A model generated the notes under the pieces. The model had not been told where the DNA came from. It made no database searches and saw nothing but the letters and a program-made list of their open reading frames with translations. Position numbers and translations under genes: made by a program. A stretch of 62,717 bases of DNA, filler included, from Choristocarpus tenellus KU-1152 (lineage: Eukaryota; Protista; Phaeophyceae): assembly GCA_964200185.2 (NCBI GenBank). It is 12 parts of 12 records of this genome, joined end to end, with 100 filler letters (N's around TTAATTAATTAA, not from the genome) between each part and the next. Parts side by side here need not be neighbours in the genome. Positions count along the whole stretch, not along the records: positions 24,013 to 29,065 come from CAXNAD020012027.1; positions 29,166 to 31,711 come from CAXNAD020026880.1; positions 31,812 to 36,519 come from CAXNAD020013383.1; positions 36,620 to 41,922 come from CAXNAD020011218.1; 8 more parts are not named here. One strand, given 5' to 3'. Shown here one piece after another: positions 24,171 through 36,921 of this stretch. Position 1 is the first letter of the stretch. Each line of letters opens with the position of its first letter.

Positions 24171-27100
24171 ATATGCACATACTGTGAGGGATATTAGTTA
24201 TGTTTGATATGGACTCAAGCTTGCCTTCTTTTTTCTTCTTTGTATTTACTTCTTCATCTGCATGACGCAAGTTATCAGTTGCATAGGATGTGTTAATTAT
24301 TATTTTCACTTGACTGGCATTACCCCATTGAAACCCATCCATCAGTCTGCAACACGCATAACACACACACTGGGATGATGAGTGTCTACCACCCGAGTAC
24401 GTATTTTGTTCGTGTACGCAGACATGGACATCACTGGCTGCCACTCCAACGCCCAAACACAACTTGCTGACATTCTGACCAAGATGTGGTTGGCATGAAG
24501 GTGTTTCTTGGGCATTCTGTGGTATGGCTCTTGACCAGGTTCAGTGGTGTGTGTGGTGTGTGACTTGGGCAGGGGTGGTGGTGCGTATGGTGTGTGACTT
24601 GGACAGGAGTTGTGATGTTTAGGTGGGGAGGGAGTGATCTTGGGCAGGTGCTGTGTGGTGCGTAGATGGGAGGGGTGGTCTTGGGTAGGTGCTGTGGGTT
24701 GTAGGGACTAGTGAACACGCGGTCGATGTGGTAGGGCGGCAGTAGATGGAGGTGGCTGTGTGGCGGCTCCCGGAGAAGGAGGTAGGTGAGTCTGGGCTTG
24801 TGGACGTGGTGTGTAGAGTGTTATGTGGACGGGGGTCGGACTGTGTTGGAAATGGTTGGGGTTGCAGAAGGGCAGTGATGGGTGTGACCAGGGGCATGGA
24901 TGGTAATGACAGTGGGATGGATGGTGTGATGACAGTGGAGACCCCAGTCATTGAGGTGGTGCCAGGCGAGGAGGGATTAATAGGCCAGGGGAGTTGATAC
25001 TGGGGATGGGTGGGTGCGTCGGTGAGCGGGCAGGTAGGTAGGTGTGTGGGATGATGGGGTGGATAGGGTGGTGGAGTGTTACAGTGTGCCCCCCAGAACT
25101 CACCTCCACAGGATATGCAACTCAAATCCAACGGCCTTAAAACGATACTACGCGCGGGTTCACAGATGAATACCATATGCGGTGTCAGTTGATGCTTAGC
25201 TCAGTTAATGTCTCGCTTTTCGCTCTATCAAAAGAGGTAAGGATCAAAGAGCTGAGTGTGTGGTCATCAACACCCAGCCCTTTGTTAACATCATTCACCA
25301 TTTTTCTACAGCCAAAGAGTTAAATGAAGTCTGCAAACTGCTATGTAGATATTTCAATCATAAATCTTTAATCTGCAACTTTCAGGAATTGACATCTATT
25401 CCGTAAGATTATGTATGCATTTCAAATCTTACTCTGCATCTTCTATCAATTCAAAGTTCCTCTTACATGAATTCTTACGTATGTATACTGTTCGCACATT
25501 TTGGCACGCAGAAAGAAATGCTCGCGCTATTCGCCTGTAACAGGAGTGGGTAGGGTGATGGAAGCCGAGAGGGAACGTATGGGAGTGTTGGGGTGAGGAG
25601 GTGGCGAGATTGGGAGACACGGGGAGAAGTCCAAGTAGTACAAGGCGTCGAAGCTCCGGAATGCGTGTCTTGACATTGCCAGTCAGTGAGTGCGTGTGTG
25701 ATTAATCGTTGCAGTCCAGCCAGTAATCACCATAGCACATGTGGAGTACAGATGACGACAATAAACAAATACCAGCAGGGCAGTGAAGGGCAGTGGGGGT
25801 TGTGCAGCCAGGATCAGATGTGATTGAGGTGGAGTCGGTTGTAGGTATGTCTTGTACTGGGGGTGTGTGGTTGGGTGTGATTGGAAGTAGGTGGTGGTGA
25901 GTGATAGATGGGCGGTGAGCAAAGGTGTTGATGTTGTCCTCGGTATTCTCGATCAGGGTGCGGAGGTGTCATGCGGTAGGAATGCCAAGCGTAAGGGAGT
26001 GTGGCAAGGGCGTGGGATGGTTGGTAGGTGGGGACAGAGGAACGGTTGGGGCATTGGCGCAGGGGATGACCATGTTGGTGAAAGTAGCGGCAGTGGTGAG
26101 AGCTCAAGCAGTGGAAGGAAGGCTGTGGGGTCCCGAACCCAGCTCTTAGCCTTGTAGAGGCGTGTGAGAGTCACTGGTTGGGATCCTCGCCAGTGTCCAT
26201 AGTACAAAGCTGGAACCGGTGATGAATAGCACGAGCCCGTTGTTCCATCGCAGCTTCGTCCTTGGACTTGAGGGACTGCCATGCTGACAAGCCATTGGTG
26301 ATGTGAGTTTCGTCCCGCTGCTGGAATCCATCAAGGTCTTTCGAACGTCAACGGCAGGTAGCAAGGACGATGTTGAACGGCTGGTCTCTATCTTCTTCGT
26401 ATGCAATAGGGGGTGGACTGGTAATGGTGGAAGGAAGGGAAGTGCGCTGGAAAAAACTTGATGGGCCCGAGGAGCCACACAGCTCCAGGTGCTCACAACA
26501 TAGAGTGCGGACGCGGTTCAAGGGAAGGCATCGTCAGAGGAAATGGTGTTAGCTGGCATTCCATGGCGGTACAGTGGGGCTATCTTGTGTGGTGAAGTTG
26601 GTGGTAGTACAAGACAAGGTCGAGTAAATGTGTTGTAGTATGTGTCGATCAAGTGTTGAGGCTCGTAACCTGTTGCAACCTGATTTCGTATGAGTTGTGT
26701 GTTGTTGTAATTTGTGACGAAGAAAGTCATAGCGCAACAAAGCACTGTTGAGTTTGTTCTGGTAGGTCTGATGGCATGTTGTATTCAGTCAGAGAGTATT
26801 CGAAGTTAAGGTATGTTTTGGTTGTGCTGTGATTAGCATGATTAGAGGCAAGTGTGTGTCATAGTGCAACAAGATACCTGTGGATACGGTTTGATATGTC
26901 TGGAGGGATGTCTTACTCAATCAGACTTTGGTAGAAGTGAGAAGGGTAACTGATGTGTCTGTAGCATATTTTATTCAAGCAGATGATGATTGATAGAACT
27001 GTGTGGTCATTCATTGAAATATTCAGATGAAGAAAATCCATCCTCTGTGAAGAGGGTTTTCACCTTGAGAGTGAAGGGTTTCGAGGGATGGTTTTAACTC

Positions 27101-27459
27101 TGTATATATTGCATCCCAGCGTGTGTCTTATATGTGTTACAGAGAGTGATGGGGATGACTTTCGATGTGGCAATGCCAGTCAAGTAAAAATATTCATCAA
27201 CACATTCTATGCAGCTGAAACATTTTGCGAAATGGAGATGAAGTAAAAAACAAAGAGGAAACAAGAGATCAAACTTGAATCCATATCAAACATAACTACT
27301 ATCCCTCATAGTATGTGTGTATGGTGTGCAGTGACTGTTCCTATGCTTCCTATCCACTGTGACGTACTTATAGTGGTTGAGTAGAGTGTGATGATGAGCT
27401 AATGATGGGAATGGGAATAGCGACCAGTACAGTGGACGAATCAGCATTAACTGTGAGCT

Positions 27460-28570
27460 GACGATGCTGTATCGTATCAAAACAAATCGAATGAGTAGCC
27501 TATGTTCTAACACATTATTGGAGGATGTGATTAAGAGGATTGTAGGGCTTAGAAAGAAGTTTCCCAGGGCGAGAATCATGATAAGTAAGATGGATGTCAA
27601 GGATGCTTTTCGTCGATTCCCAGTGGAACCAAGGGGGGCAGCGAGGTTTGGGTACTGCGTTGAAGATAGGATAGTGTATGATTTCAGGCTCCAGTTTGGT
27701 TGGAAGAATAGCCCAGGTTGGTGGGACCTCGTGGCAAGCGCTCTAGAATTTTCCCATTGTCACACAGGATCCCATTCAGCAGTCGTACTCAAAGCAGTGG
27801 AAGACTTGACTACAGGGGTAAATCTGTCGCAGCAGAGGGGTAGAAGGGAGGATGGTGAATTGAATTAGGCGTGGAAAGTTCCCGAAGTGGTAGGGGGGGG
27901 GGTCAGATGACCCTTTTTTGGGAAGAATGTATGTAGATGACAATATTCTAGTGGAGACCCAATGGTTTGAGGATGGGAGGAGATTGAAGTTGGCAACAAA
28001 CTCTTTAGTTTTGGACCACATGCGATTGCTGGGGCAGAGAAAGGCAGAAGAACCTCCTATTCTATCTGCTAAAAGAATTAAAGTATCTTAGAGGGTACGA
28101 GGTTTGCCCTGTCTGTCGATTTGGAGCTTGACTTCCCATGGGTTTTAAATGACATTTTACCTAATTCGAAATAGTTTGGAGTAGGTAAAACGTACACGTT
28201 ATGAAAACGTGTATCCGGAACAAGGATATCAACTCTTCCTAACAAATAGGATAGCCAAAATTCCATCAAAATATCAACATTGGATTTTGGCCCCCAAAGG
28301 GACGCGACTCTACCCTTTGAGATACTTTGACTCAAACGTTGACGGGATGGCATACCACACAAGTTGTAGTGGGATGGAAGTTAGACACTCAGACAATGAC
28401 GATTGCTTTACCAGATGGAAAGTCGTGGGGAGGCTGAGGCGATTGCTAGAAGAGTGACCAGAATCGAGGTTTGTATATTCAGTGTGCGAGACGTGTGGGT
28501 ATTGCTGGGAAAACTGTTTCACATGTCGTATGTGATACGCCCAGGAAGATTTTTCTTTGGCGACTGGTGT
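27460..28570 (+). mobile_element. Degenerate DIRS/Ngaro-like (tyrosine-recombinase retrotransposon) reverse transcriptase
   Basis: SKMDVKDAFRRFPV, DFRLQFGWKNSPGWW and MYVDD (27930-27941). After a MITE insertion it continues LTGWHTTQVVVGWKLDTQTMTIALP and LLGKLFHMSYVIRPGRFFLWRL. No tyrosine recombinase was seen in the contig. Confidence 0.8.
28075..28333. mobile_element. MITE family A inserted in the DIRS-like RT
   Basis: GAATTAAAGTATCTTAGAGGGTA...TACCCTTTGAGATACTTTGACTC; the RT peptide resumes immediately after it. Confidence 0.88.
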
Positions 28571-29366
28571 TAAAATATAGGCTACTCATCTATTTGGTCC
28601 TTGATACGATACACTTCCACCAGTCAACACCGACTGTTGATTGGTCTGTTACGCTCTGGACGTTACTGTCACAAGTTCACCATTATCATCATCAGAACAC
28701 CGTACTACAGAACAGTCGCTCTGCGTCCCACGTGCAGGAATAATATTAGTCACTTGAGGTTGCATCACATATTGGTTCAGGTTTGTTCTCTTCTTCTCTT
28801 GTTTGTTTTTCTCACTCTTCTTCTTATCAGCAGAAGATGACAGTTGTACGTTGATTGTTGATTATTATTTCTTTCTTGACTGCCATTGATCCCTCACAAT
28901 GCACCAAGGTCATTCTGCAATAAGTGCACCTAACGCACACCCAGATGTAATATAATCAGAGTAAAAACCATCTACGGAAACCCTCAAGGGTTTAAGTATC
29001 TGAGAGGGTAAACCTGCGTCCATTCGGGGATCAAAATTCATTGTTGTGATTTTGATGTAATTTTGNNNNNNNNNNNNNNNNNNNNNNNNNNNNNNNNNNN
29101 NNNNNNNNNTTAATTAATTAANNNNNNNNNNNNNNNNNNNNNNNNNNNNNNNNNNNNNNNNNNNNGAAGGATATGGGAAAAGGAAGGAGGGGGGGGGGGG
29201 GGGGGGGGGGGTCTACACCAGGGCGTCAATTCGGGCCCTAACCATGAGAAGTGCACTTACATTATCTATCCGACAGATGAAATCAAATTCACCCAAAACT
29301 TACGATATGGAAAAAAGGGCCCCGTATGGACAGCCGCCAGCCACCCCCCCCCAGATACTTTGAGCC

Positions 29367-31585
29367 TTAGGAGGCAGGTGATCTCGTGTTGTACCCTCCT
29401 TATGATCCTGGCATCATGGAGTGCTAGAGTGTGGACCTCTGGGCCATGTGCGGGGGTCGTTGTTCCCCCCCTGGCTACCCAATCTTGGCCAATATTTTCC
29501 GCCAAGTCTTTTGAAGGGACTCCTGTAGAGAGGAGGGTGTGGATGGATGATCCCAAGGCCCTTACTGTGGGGCTCATACAGATGGCTTGTAGAAATACTC
29601 TCCACGAGGCTCTTGTTGGCTTGCTAAAAGGGTGGGGAGAGTGGCCACCAGTGATCCTACAAAGGTTACATGCTGGCAATGCCTCATAGAGGATAGGCCC
29701 AACCCCCCCGAACTTGTGGGCATCTGAGCCTGTACTTGTTGGTATGTCTCCAGGCGAAGAGACTCATTTTCACACACCCTTCAAAGGAGTGAGTGGTTCC
29801 CGCTGAGTCTGCTACCTCCATTATCTTCTCCAGCATCCACATTGAGGCATTGTCTGCTTTCTCCATGGTGGAAGGTGTCAGGTGGGGGGTAGTGACCCTT
29901 GCCAAACAGCTAAACGGGAGGAGAGGGACTAGTAGTTGAGAAGCCAGGCAACTTGTTTGTCCTCCATCTCACTGAGGTGCGTGGCCAGCGTTTGTGACCC
30001 TGAGCTCTCGATCACCTCAGCCATGTGAGTTTGGATTAATCCATCTGTTTCCACTGGATCCCAATCTAACAGAATCATTTGGGTTCGGGGCCAGGTTGAT
30101 TCCCGCTGTAGCCAGGAGTTCCAGTTCTGAGGGTTGGTCGCCATGGGGAGGTTCAACAAAGGTCTTGTCCATGTTGAGGACAATGCCTACCTGGTGTAGA
30201 TCCATTTCTACCTGGTCGAAAGCAGCTATTGTGGTGTGGTCAATCTCTCTGTTGCAGAAATGGATGTGTCATCCAGATAACTTCGGGAGGAGACCCCCTG
30301 TGGTCCAAAGGTAGACTGAACCCAGTGTAGGTCTTTGGAGGTCGCCATGCAATAATAGAGGAGGGGGCCAAGGGGGTCCCCTTGTTGTGCCCCTGATCTC
30401 GATAGCATTATCATCATCCCTCCCTCATTCAGGGGAAAAAGAAGATTACAGGTGTCCCCATACACCTTGGACACGTAGGGCAGGAGTCCTGATCGAGAGT
30501 CCCAGGGAGAGCCTTGATGAAGGTCGAGCGGCGTATGCTGTTGAAGGTATTTCTTCCATCTACGCTAATGAGCCATTTGCCACGCTCAATCCTTTGGTGA
30601 ATGTCCAGAAGGGCGTGCTCCACCTTGTTTGGGACCCCTACGCCAAATTTTCCCATTCCGCCAAAATATTCCTCCAAGTAGGAGTTCCAGTCTGCACAGA
30701 AGGCTGAAGCACATGCCCTTCTGAAGAAAGAGCCACAGGTGACCGAGTGACACTTCTCTCCAATTGCGGACAGTCTGGAGTTTGTGTGGAGCGCCCAAAA
30801 ATCCGGAGGTAGAGAGTCCGAGGAGGAGTAGAATAGCTCCCAAAGCTTCACAAACGGCTCCGGCACTTCTTCATGACCAACATCTGTCAAGATGGCATAT
30901 CAGATATGACGGGGGCGCATCCCATCGAGGCCTGGTGCAGAGTTGCTGTTCGCCCTCATGAAGGCCGTCCGCAGGGAGGTGCTCAGGCGGGCAGTACCGA
31001 TGTTTCCCAGACATTGTATCGCTTTGTACCCTATCCTTTGCATCCATTATGGCATGCCTAACTAAGGTCATATGAGTTCCCATTCGGGTGCTTGGGGACC
31101 AGTACCCAGAACGTCTCCTCCATACCTGGGGATCTAGGTTGCGATAGGAGAACACTCAACTCCTTGGAGACACCTCCATGGTGGTGACCCAGAGTTGCAG
31201 CTCGTTCCTGGCGGAATTTCGGATCATTTCCAGGGGGCTCCCGACATCTACTGGTCCTCTGGGATCGTTCTAGTAGCCATGCTACCAACTCCTGTATGTT
31301 CCCTGATGCTACAAGGGCGAACCTTTCCTCCCTCAAGAACTCCCCATCATTGGCCAGTAAGAGGCCAGAGACCAGGTGGAGGAGCTTGGACGCTCTGATG
31401 GTTCCTACTGTTGGGGTCCCCCCTTCTGCCCTTGGGGCGGTTACTTCATGCATCAGGAGATCCACTGTGTACATGAGGGTGATTGCAAGGATGGTGTTGA
31501 ACCTTCCAGGGACCTTATTAACTGTAGTGATGTTTACCAGCTCCAGGGCCTCTATCTGGACTTTATAAAGGGCAGAAGCAACCGT
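29367..31585 (-). mobile_element. CRE-like non-LTR retrotransposon, degenerate RT region (longest copy)
   Basis: LHTNSRLSAIGEKCHSVTCGSFFRR, GKFGVGVP, VDGRNTFNSIRR, SGAQQGDPLGPLL, SYLDD, GIVLNMDKT and MPTSSGGLGL. These are the RT motif forms typical of the CRE/SLACS/Cnl1 clade. Multiple frameshifts; bounded by MITE-B copies. Confidence 0.88.
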
Positions 31586-32939
31586 CACCCTAAAATTGCG
31601 ACATGAAAAAATTGGCCCCAAATGGGCAGCCGCCACCCCCCCCCCCAGATGCTTCGAGCCAACCCTAGGACTGTCAACCTCTCATGGCAAACGCAGGTGT
31701 GGGGGTAGGTGNNNNNNNNNNNNNNNNNNNNNNNNNNNNNNNNNNNNNNNNNNNNTTAATTAATTAANNNNNNNNNNNNNNNNNNNNNNNNNNNNNNNNN
31801 NNNNNNNNNNNCCCAGACACTTTGAGGCAGGGCTCAAACTTGCCTACCTCTCAATTGTTTTGTCTCAATTATTATAGGAAACAGATGGTTCATGTCCCCC
31901 TCACTTCTAACTACTACTACTCCTACTATAATAATATATAATTTTGTTGATGAGACCAAATAAATATAAATATAAATCCCCTAGTGCCTCACTTGTAGAG
32001 CAAGCAATATCCTTTCCATAAGGAAAAGGGACATGACCCATTGCTTGGGAGGACCTTTATTTTTCAGCTCAAGTTAACTCACCTTTATGGGGAATATTGT
32101 GGTAACCTCTCAGAGCTCAAGAATGTAGTCAGACGTTCATTCCATGAAGGATAGCCAAACTCAATACTAGATCACTCCTTTTCTCTGATTTTCGCCTGAT
32201 GAAGCCTCGAAGGAGGTAGGTACTCCGATTTGATGTTGTTGTTAGTGGATCCATCATGCACACCGACGAGTTTGTGTGAATCCTAGGTAGAAAAGACAGC
32301 GACTGAACGTGGAGTGACGACTACAAGCAGTAGTGCACTCCACTACTACGATAATGGCAGAAGGGAAAAGGTCAGGGGGTGTGAAAAAATTGCTGACAAT
32401 ATTATTCTCCCTTCATCATTGATCGTAACATCATCGTTACATACCATTATAGTCTGCGCAAGACGTTACTACCGAATACATACGTGCAACACCCCCCTCT
32501 GTGTCTCCCTCCGCATCGCCTTTTCATTTTATCCTCATCTCCATTCAAGCAGTTCACACTATTATCACTACTAGTTCGAGGCGCAATAGAATATCCCGAA
32601 ATATTTAGGTATTTTTTTCAAATAAGATGACAGGATCATTTTTTAACCTCCCTTTCAATTGTTGTTGTTTGTATTGCGTGTCCAGGTGCCTATCACACAC
32701 AACCCGGAGGAGGTCTAGAAAATGTGCTGAAAGCTCGGTATGAGTTTGTGAAGTGGACAACCGGCAGTGCATGATCCTCGTTTTTGTCACCATCACAAGA
32801 TAGAACAGGGTGACGCACTAGCCGACCTTGTTTAACTACAGAGGGTTGAGCGTGTGCAGTAAGGATAAACGAAAAGGGGAAACTCTAGCTCATCTGCTAG
32901 GCCAGAGAGTGAAAGTAAACGAGAGGTACCCAGGCTATG

Positions 32940-33659
32940 GCAGTTTTGCATGCCAAGTCAAGTTTTCGCAATTCACCCATATTTCTATAGATGAAGTGCT
33001 AAGTTTGACCTCTGAGCATTGATTTCTCTATTTTTTTTTAACTTTTCGACAGGATTCAGAAACTTCCCTACAATCATTTGTGAAAAAAGTGGAATTTCGC
33101 ATACATTCTCAGCATCCTTAAAATGCAACTCTGGGTATTGTTCACTTTGCCTCAGACTGAACAGCACATATTTGAAGGCATACTTCAACTACATGTGTAC
33201 CTATCTACCAGTGACAATGTTGGCACTTGTGGTGAAAAAATTACTCCTACAAGAAAGGATGTCATCTGTGTAGCAGATGATTCACTGCCTTGCATGACCT
33301 CTCCTTCTCTTCATCACTGTCGCAACTCCCTGAATATCCATACCATCATAGAGAAACACTTGGGAGCATGGTCTTTATTTAGTACGGTTCATGCGAATGT
33401 AAAATGTAATGCATCAGATTTTCCAGCTCCCACAATAATGAGGCCATCATTATCATCCTTACATACTCTACTATACACTCTATTTCGTTGCTTTATGTAC
33501 AGAACAATGTACGCAAAATTAATATTTCCCCTTTCCACGCACAAAGTGACACCACAATTCCGCAAATGCTCTCTCTGCACTTGTACAAAATGGCATCTTG
33601 TTTCTCTTTCTCAGAAACCTTAAAATGCAACCCTGCCTACCCCCTAGTTGGTTTGACTT
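32940..33659 (-). mobile_element. MITE family C end joined to a decayed internal sequence that is also present at 21750-21960
   Basis: 33480-33659 matches a family C terminus. GCAATTCACCCATATTTCTA and AAATGCAACTCT.GGTA are shared between 32968-33136 and 21789-21950. Confidence 0.55.
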
Positions 33660-34599
33660 GTTGCAAGGTGGGAGGGAGGGTGGAGTGGTCACCATAACCT
33701 ACATAAAAATAGAGTACGTAGAGTCAGACATACTGGTACGTATGGACAATTACCACTTCTCGAATTACAGTAGAAGTAGTGGTAGTAGTAGTGAGTAAGT
33801 TTGTTGACTACTATTGTTGTTGATCCCCTTAGTGCTACTTGTAGTAGGCGTTGCTGCTCAGAGAGTGTGGGCGATGATGATGATCCTATAATGACGAAAC
33901 ACATTTGAAGACATACTGCTACTACTATTTCGAAACAAAACAACCAAAGCTTCAAGTGCACGGTGGTGACTAGCCTATATGTATGTGATACACTACAGGT
34001 CGCACAAGTATTCCCTGTACAATCGCGATCTTACCTCACCCTATCGTAGGAGTAGGTTTGCAAAACCTTTGCCAATCAACACAAGTACTGAGCCTCATTA
34101 ATATCGGAGGACAACAAATAGACACTGCCTAGGAATACTCTCAAACGTCAAGCAGAGACGCAGCTCTTTCTCACAGGTCTTCCCAGACCATTTTTTCTTC
34201 AATCTCTCTTCTGTCTCCATTTGCACATTCGTTGATATTATCACCAAAACAGGTAGAAATGTAGCTTAGTTACCCGACTGACCAACTGGTGAACAGTGAA
34301 AGGGTATACCCTAATCAGACACCACACTACACCACACCACCAGTAATGCATGTACAGTGCTGTTGTAGCCAGTCCCATGCCAGGCATATACTCACCATCA
34401 TGTACAACTAATTTACCCTCACCCATCCTTCCTGCCATACCACAATGCCGATCACCACAGTCTGAATAAACGTACCATCCAACACAATCAAGTACCACAA
34501 AGCGCAGGCAACAACTGCAATTCTCACAGCTGATTACTCAGTAACAAGAACCCCTCCCAAGCTCCAACTACACATTTTGCCCCTAAGACCCTTGTTTTG

Positions 34600-35560
34600 C
34601 CATACCTACAACCAATAGCAATGGGCATATCAAACTGGGAACTTCCCAGTCTCCTCCCTGACTTACAGACCCATAAAAACCTCATAAAGCTCCCAATGCC
34701 CCAGCTAATTCTTTCCTTTGCCCCCCTGTGCATACCACAAAGCCCTTCAACTTTCCGATACCTCCACCTGTCTTCCTCACCGTATGTTAACGTATATATA
34801 GCATATACCCCTCTCTCTCCACCCCTTCACCTCACCTCTGTCATCTGACAACTCACACAAAATTCCCTCAGACACCACAGCACTCTCAGAGCATGCCCGA
34901 ATTCAGTAGTACATTGGCTGAGAAACAACACTCTACAGATCTTGTGCATGTATCTACCCCCACTCGGTTGACTTCTCCCCAGCCTCGGAGCTTCCAACCC
35001 TCCCTGAGATGCAAACTGTAAACACATACTTATCTTGTTGTTACTTGGAACCAATAGGGAAGGGAGGAGGGGGAGCAAATGTGGCATCATCACAGTAAAA
35101 AACTATCATTGTTCCCCTTCAAAATCAACCAACACCGAAGGCTGAGTCTTTCCTACTCTCTGCAGCATGCAATTGATTCTGCAGGAGGGATGTTACCATT
35201 CCAACAAAGGCCTCCTTCATTGAGAGGAACCCTCCCTCCTACCCACCACCCCCAAACAAAAAACAAAAATCATTGCCGCCCTTCGTGTTCCAAGGTACCC
35301 AACATTTGGAGAACCAGGAAACATGCAGTGCCCATGACCACAACATGAGTACCCACCATTCCTGTGCAACAACACACACCATTCTTGACCTGGGCAGATG
35401 AAAGCATTGAGATGGAGGCACCCATGGCAATGCGGAGGGGAGTGGCAGAGACTTAAAACCAAGATTAAAGAGTACTCTTACAAAGATTAGTGCACTAGAG
35501 GTCAAATACTACAATCCAGGTTACTCCTACAGGGCAGGCAACACTAGACACATATTAGAA
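34600..35560 (+). mobile_element. Possible very old LINE 3' relic
   Basis: STFRYL (RT domain 7-like), a Cys/His cluster near 35320-35370, and ISALEVKYY (RLE-like) occur in a plausible order. Heavily disrupted. Confidence 0.25.
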
Positions 35561-36921
35561 GTCACCCTGCAGTTCCTTGGCGATAATCCACCCTGCCAGG
35601 CAACAACACTGAGAAACGAAAACGCCTACAAACTTATACAACTCTACCAAAAACCCAATAAAGGGAGAGCTGCTCTTACTGAACTCTGACGTCACGACAC
35701 CTCTTGCCTACCTCTACATATCGATAGGACGATACTATGTACATGTGAGATAAATGGACTCGTACAATATCAAAAACAAAATGAAGATCCAAAATCTGTG
35801 CATTTTTTGTTTGTTTGTTTATTTCATCCTTTCTGTCATTCAAAGAAGTTGAGTTGATCATGGTGGCGATGAGGTACAATAGGATTAGGGTTAGGACTAG
35901 ACACAAAAAAACACAGGGACCGATCCAGAGCCTGTACAAAATAAATACATATCCAAATTACTTCCATATCGGAATCGCCTTGATGACAATCTCTACCCAC
36001 ATATCGAGGTACAAAACTGGCACTGGTGACAAAAAAGGGTACGAGGGTTCATGATGTCACCGCTGCACACACTGCACTACAACCTACCAATACAGTGTTA
36101 TTTCAAACAGCACTTCTTTGTTACAATGATTGGAACCGCCCTCTCTGTGTAACACATATTGAAAATAAAGAAATGATAACTTGTCCCCCCCCCCTACATA
36201 CAACCCCATTTACAAAAACACAGAAGACCAGAGCCCCAGTCGCCGCCTTCTCCCATTGATGTAGGTGACATACACATACTACTAACTATTAATACTAAGA
36301 AAAAAAAGGAGCATCAAATGTCACACCACTGTAAAACAAAAAACCCCACACCAACGTGGACGAAATTCCGATCAGCTCTCCCTACAAACTACCTCCAAAC
36401 AGTAGAAATACAACAAAAATACAATAAACTCAAAGTATTCCCATTCACTCCAATTCGCAACTCCCCCCCCCCCACCAAACAAAAATAACAATAAACACAC
36501 AAAACACTCTACAAACAAANNNNNNNNNNNNNNNNNNNNNNNNNNNNNNNNNNNNNNNNNNNNTTAATTAATTAANNNNNNNNNNNNNNNNNNNNNNNNN
36601 NNNNNNNNNNNNNNNNNNNACAAAAGTTCGGGGGGGGGGGGGGGTCTACACCAGGGTGTCCATTTGAGTCAAAATCAGGAAAAGTGCATTTACATTATCC
36701 ATCGGACGTATGCAACCAAAATCACCCAAAAATCGCAACATGAAATAATTGACCCCAAATGGATAGCCGCCACCCCCCCCCCCAGATACTTTATGCCTGG
36801 CTGAATGGGGTGTGCAGGCTATTTCTTTTGATTGGCTGTTAAAAAAACATATCATTTTATGTAAGCCGCGTGCGTCGGCATTCTGTCCACTGGATGATTT
36901 AATAGAGTCTTGGCACTACAG

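Noticed and set aside
24431-25176. Pro/Thr/His-rich ORFs as extensin- or mucin-like genes
   Set aside because: They are explained by strong GT/CA strand skew, with no splice or domain support.
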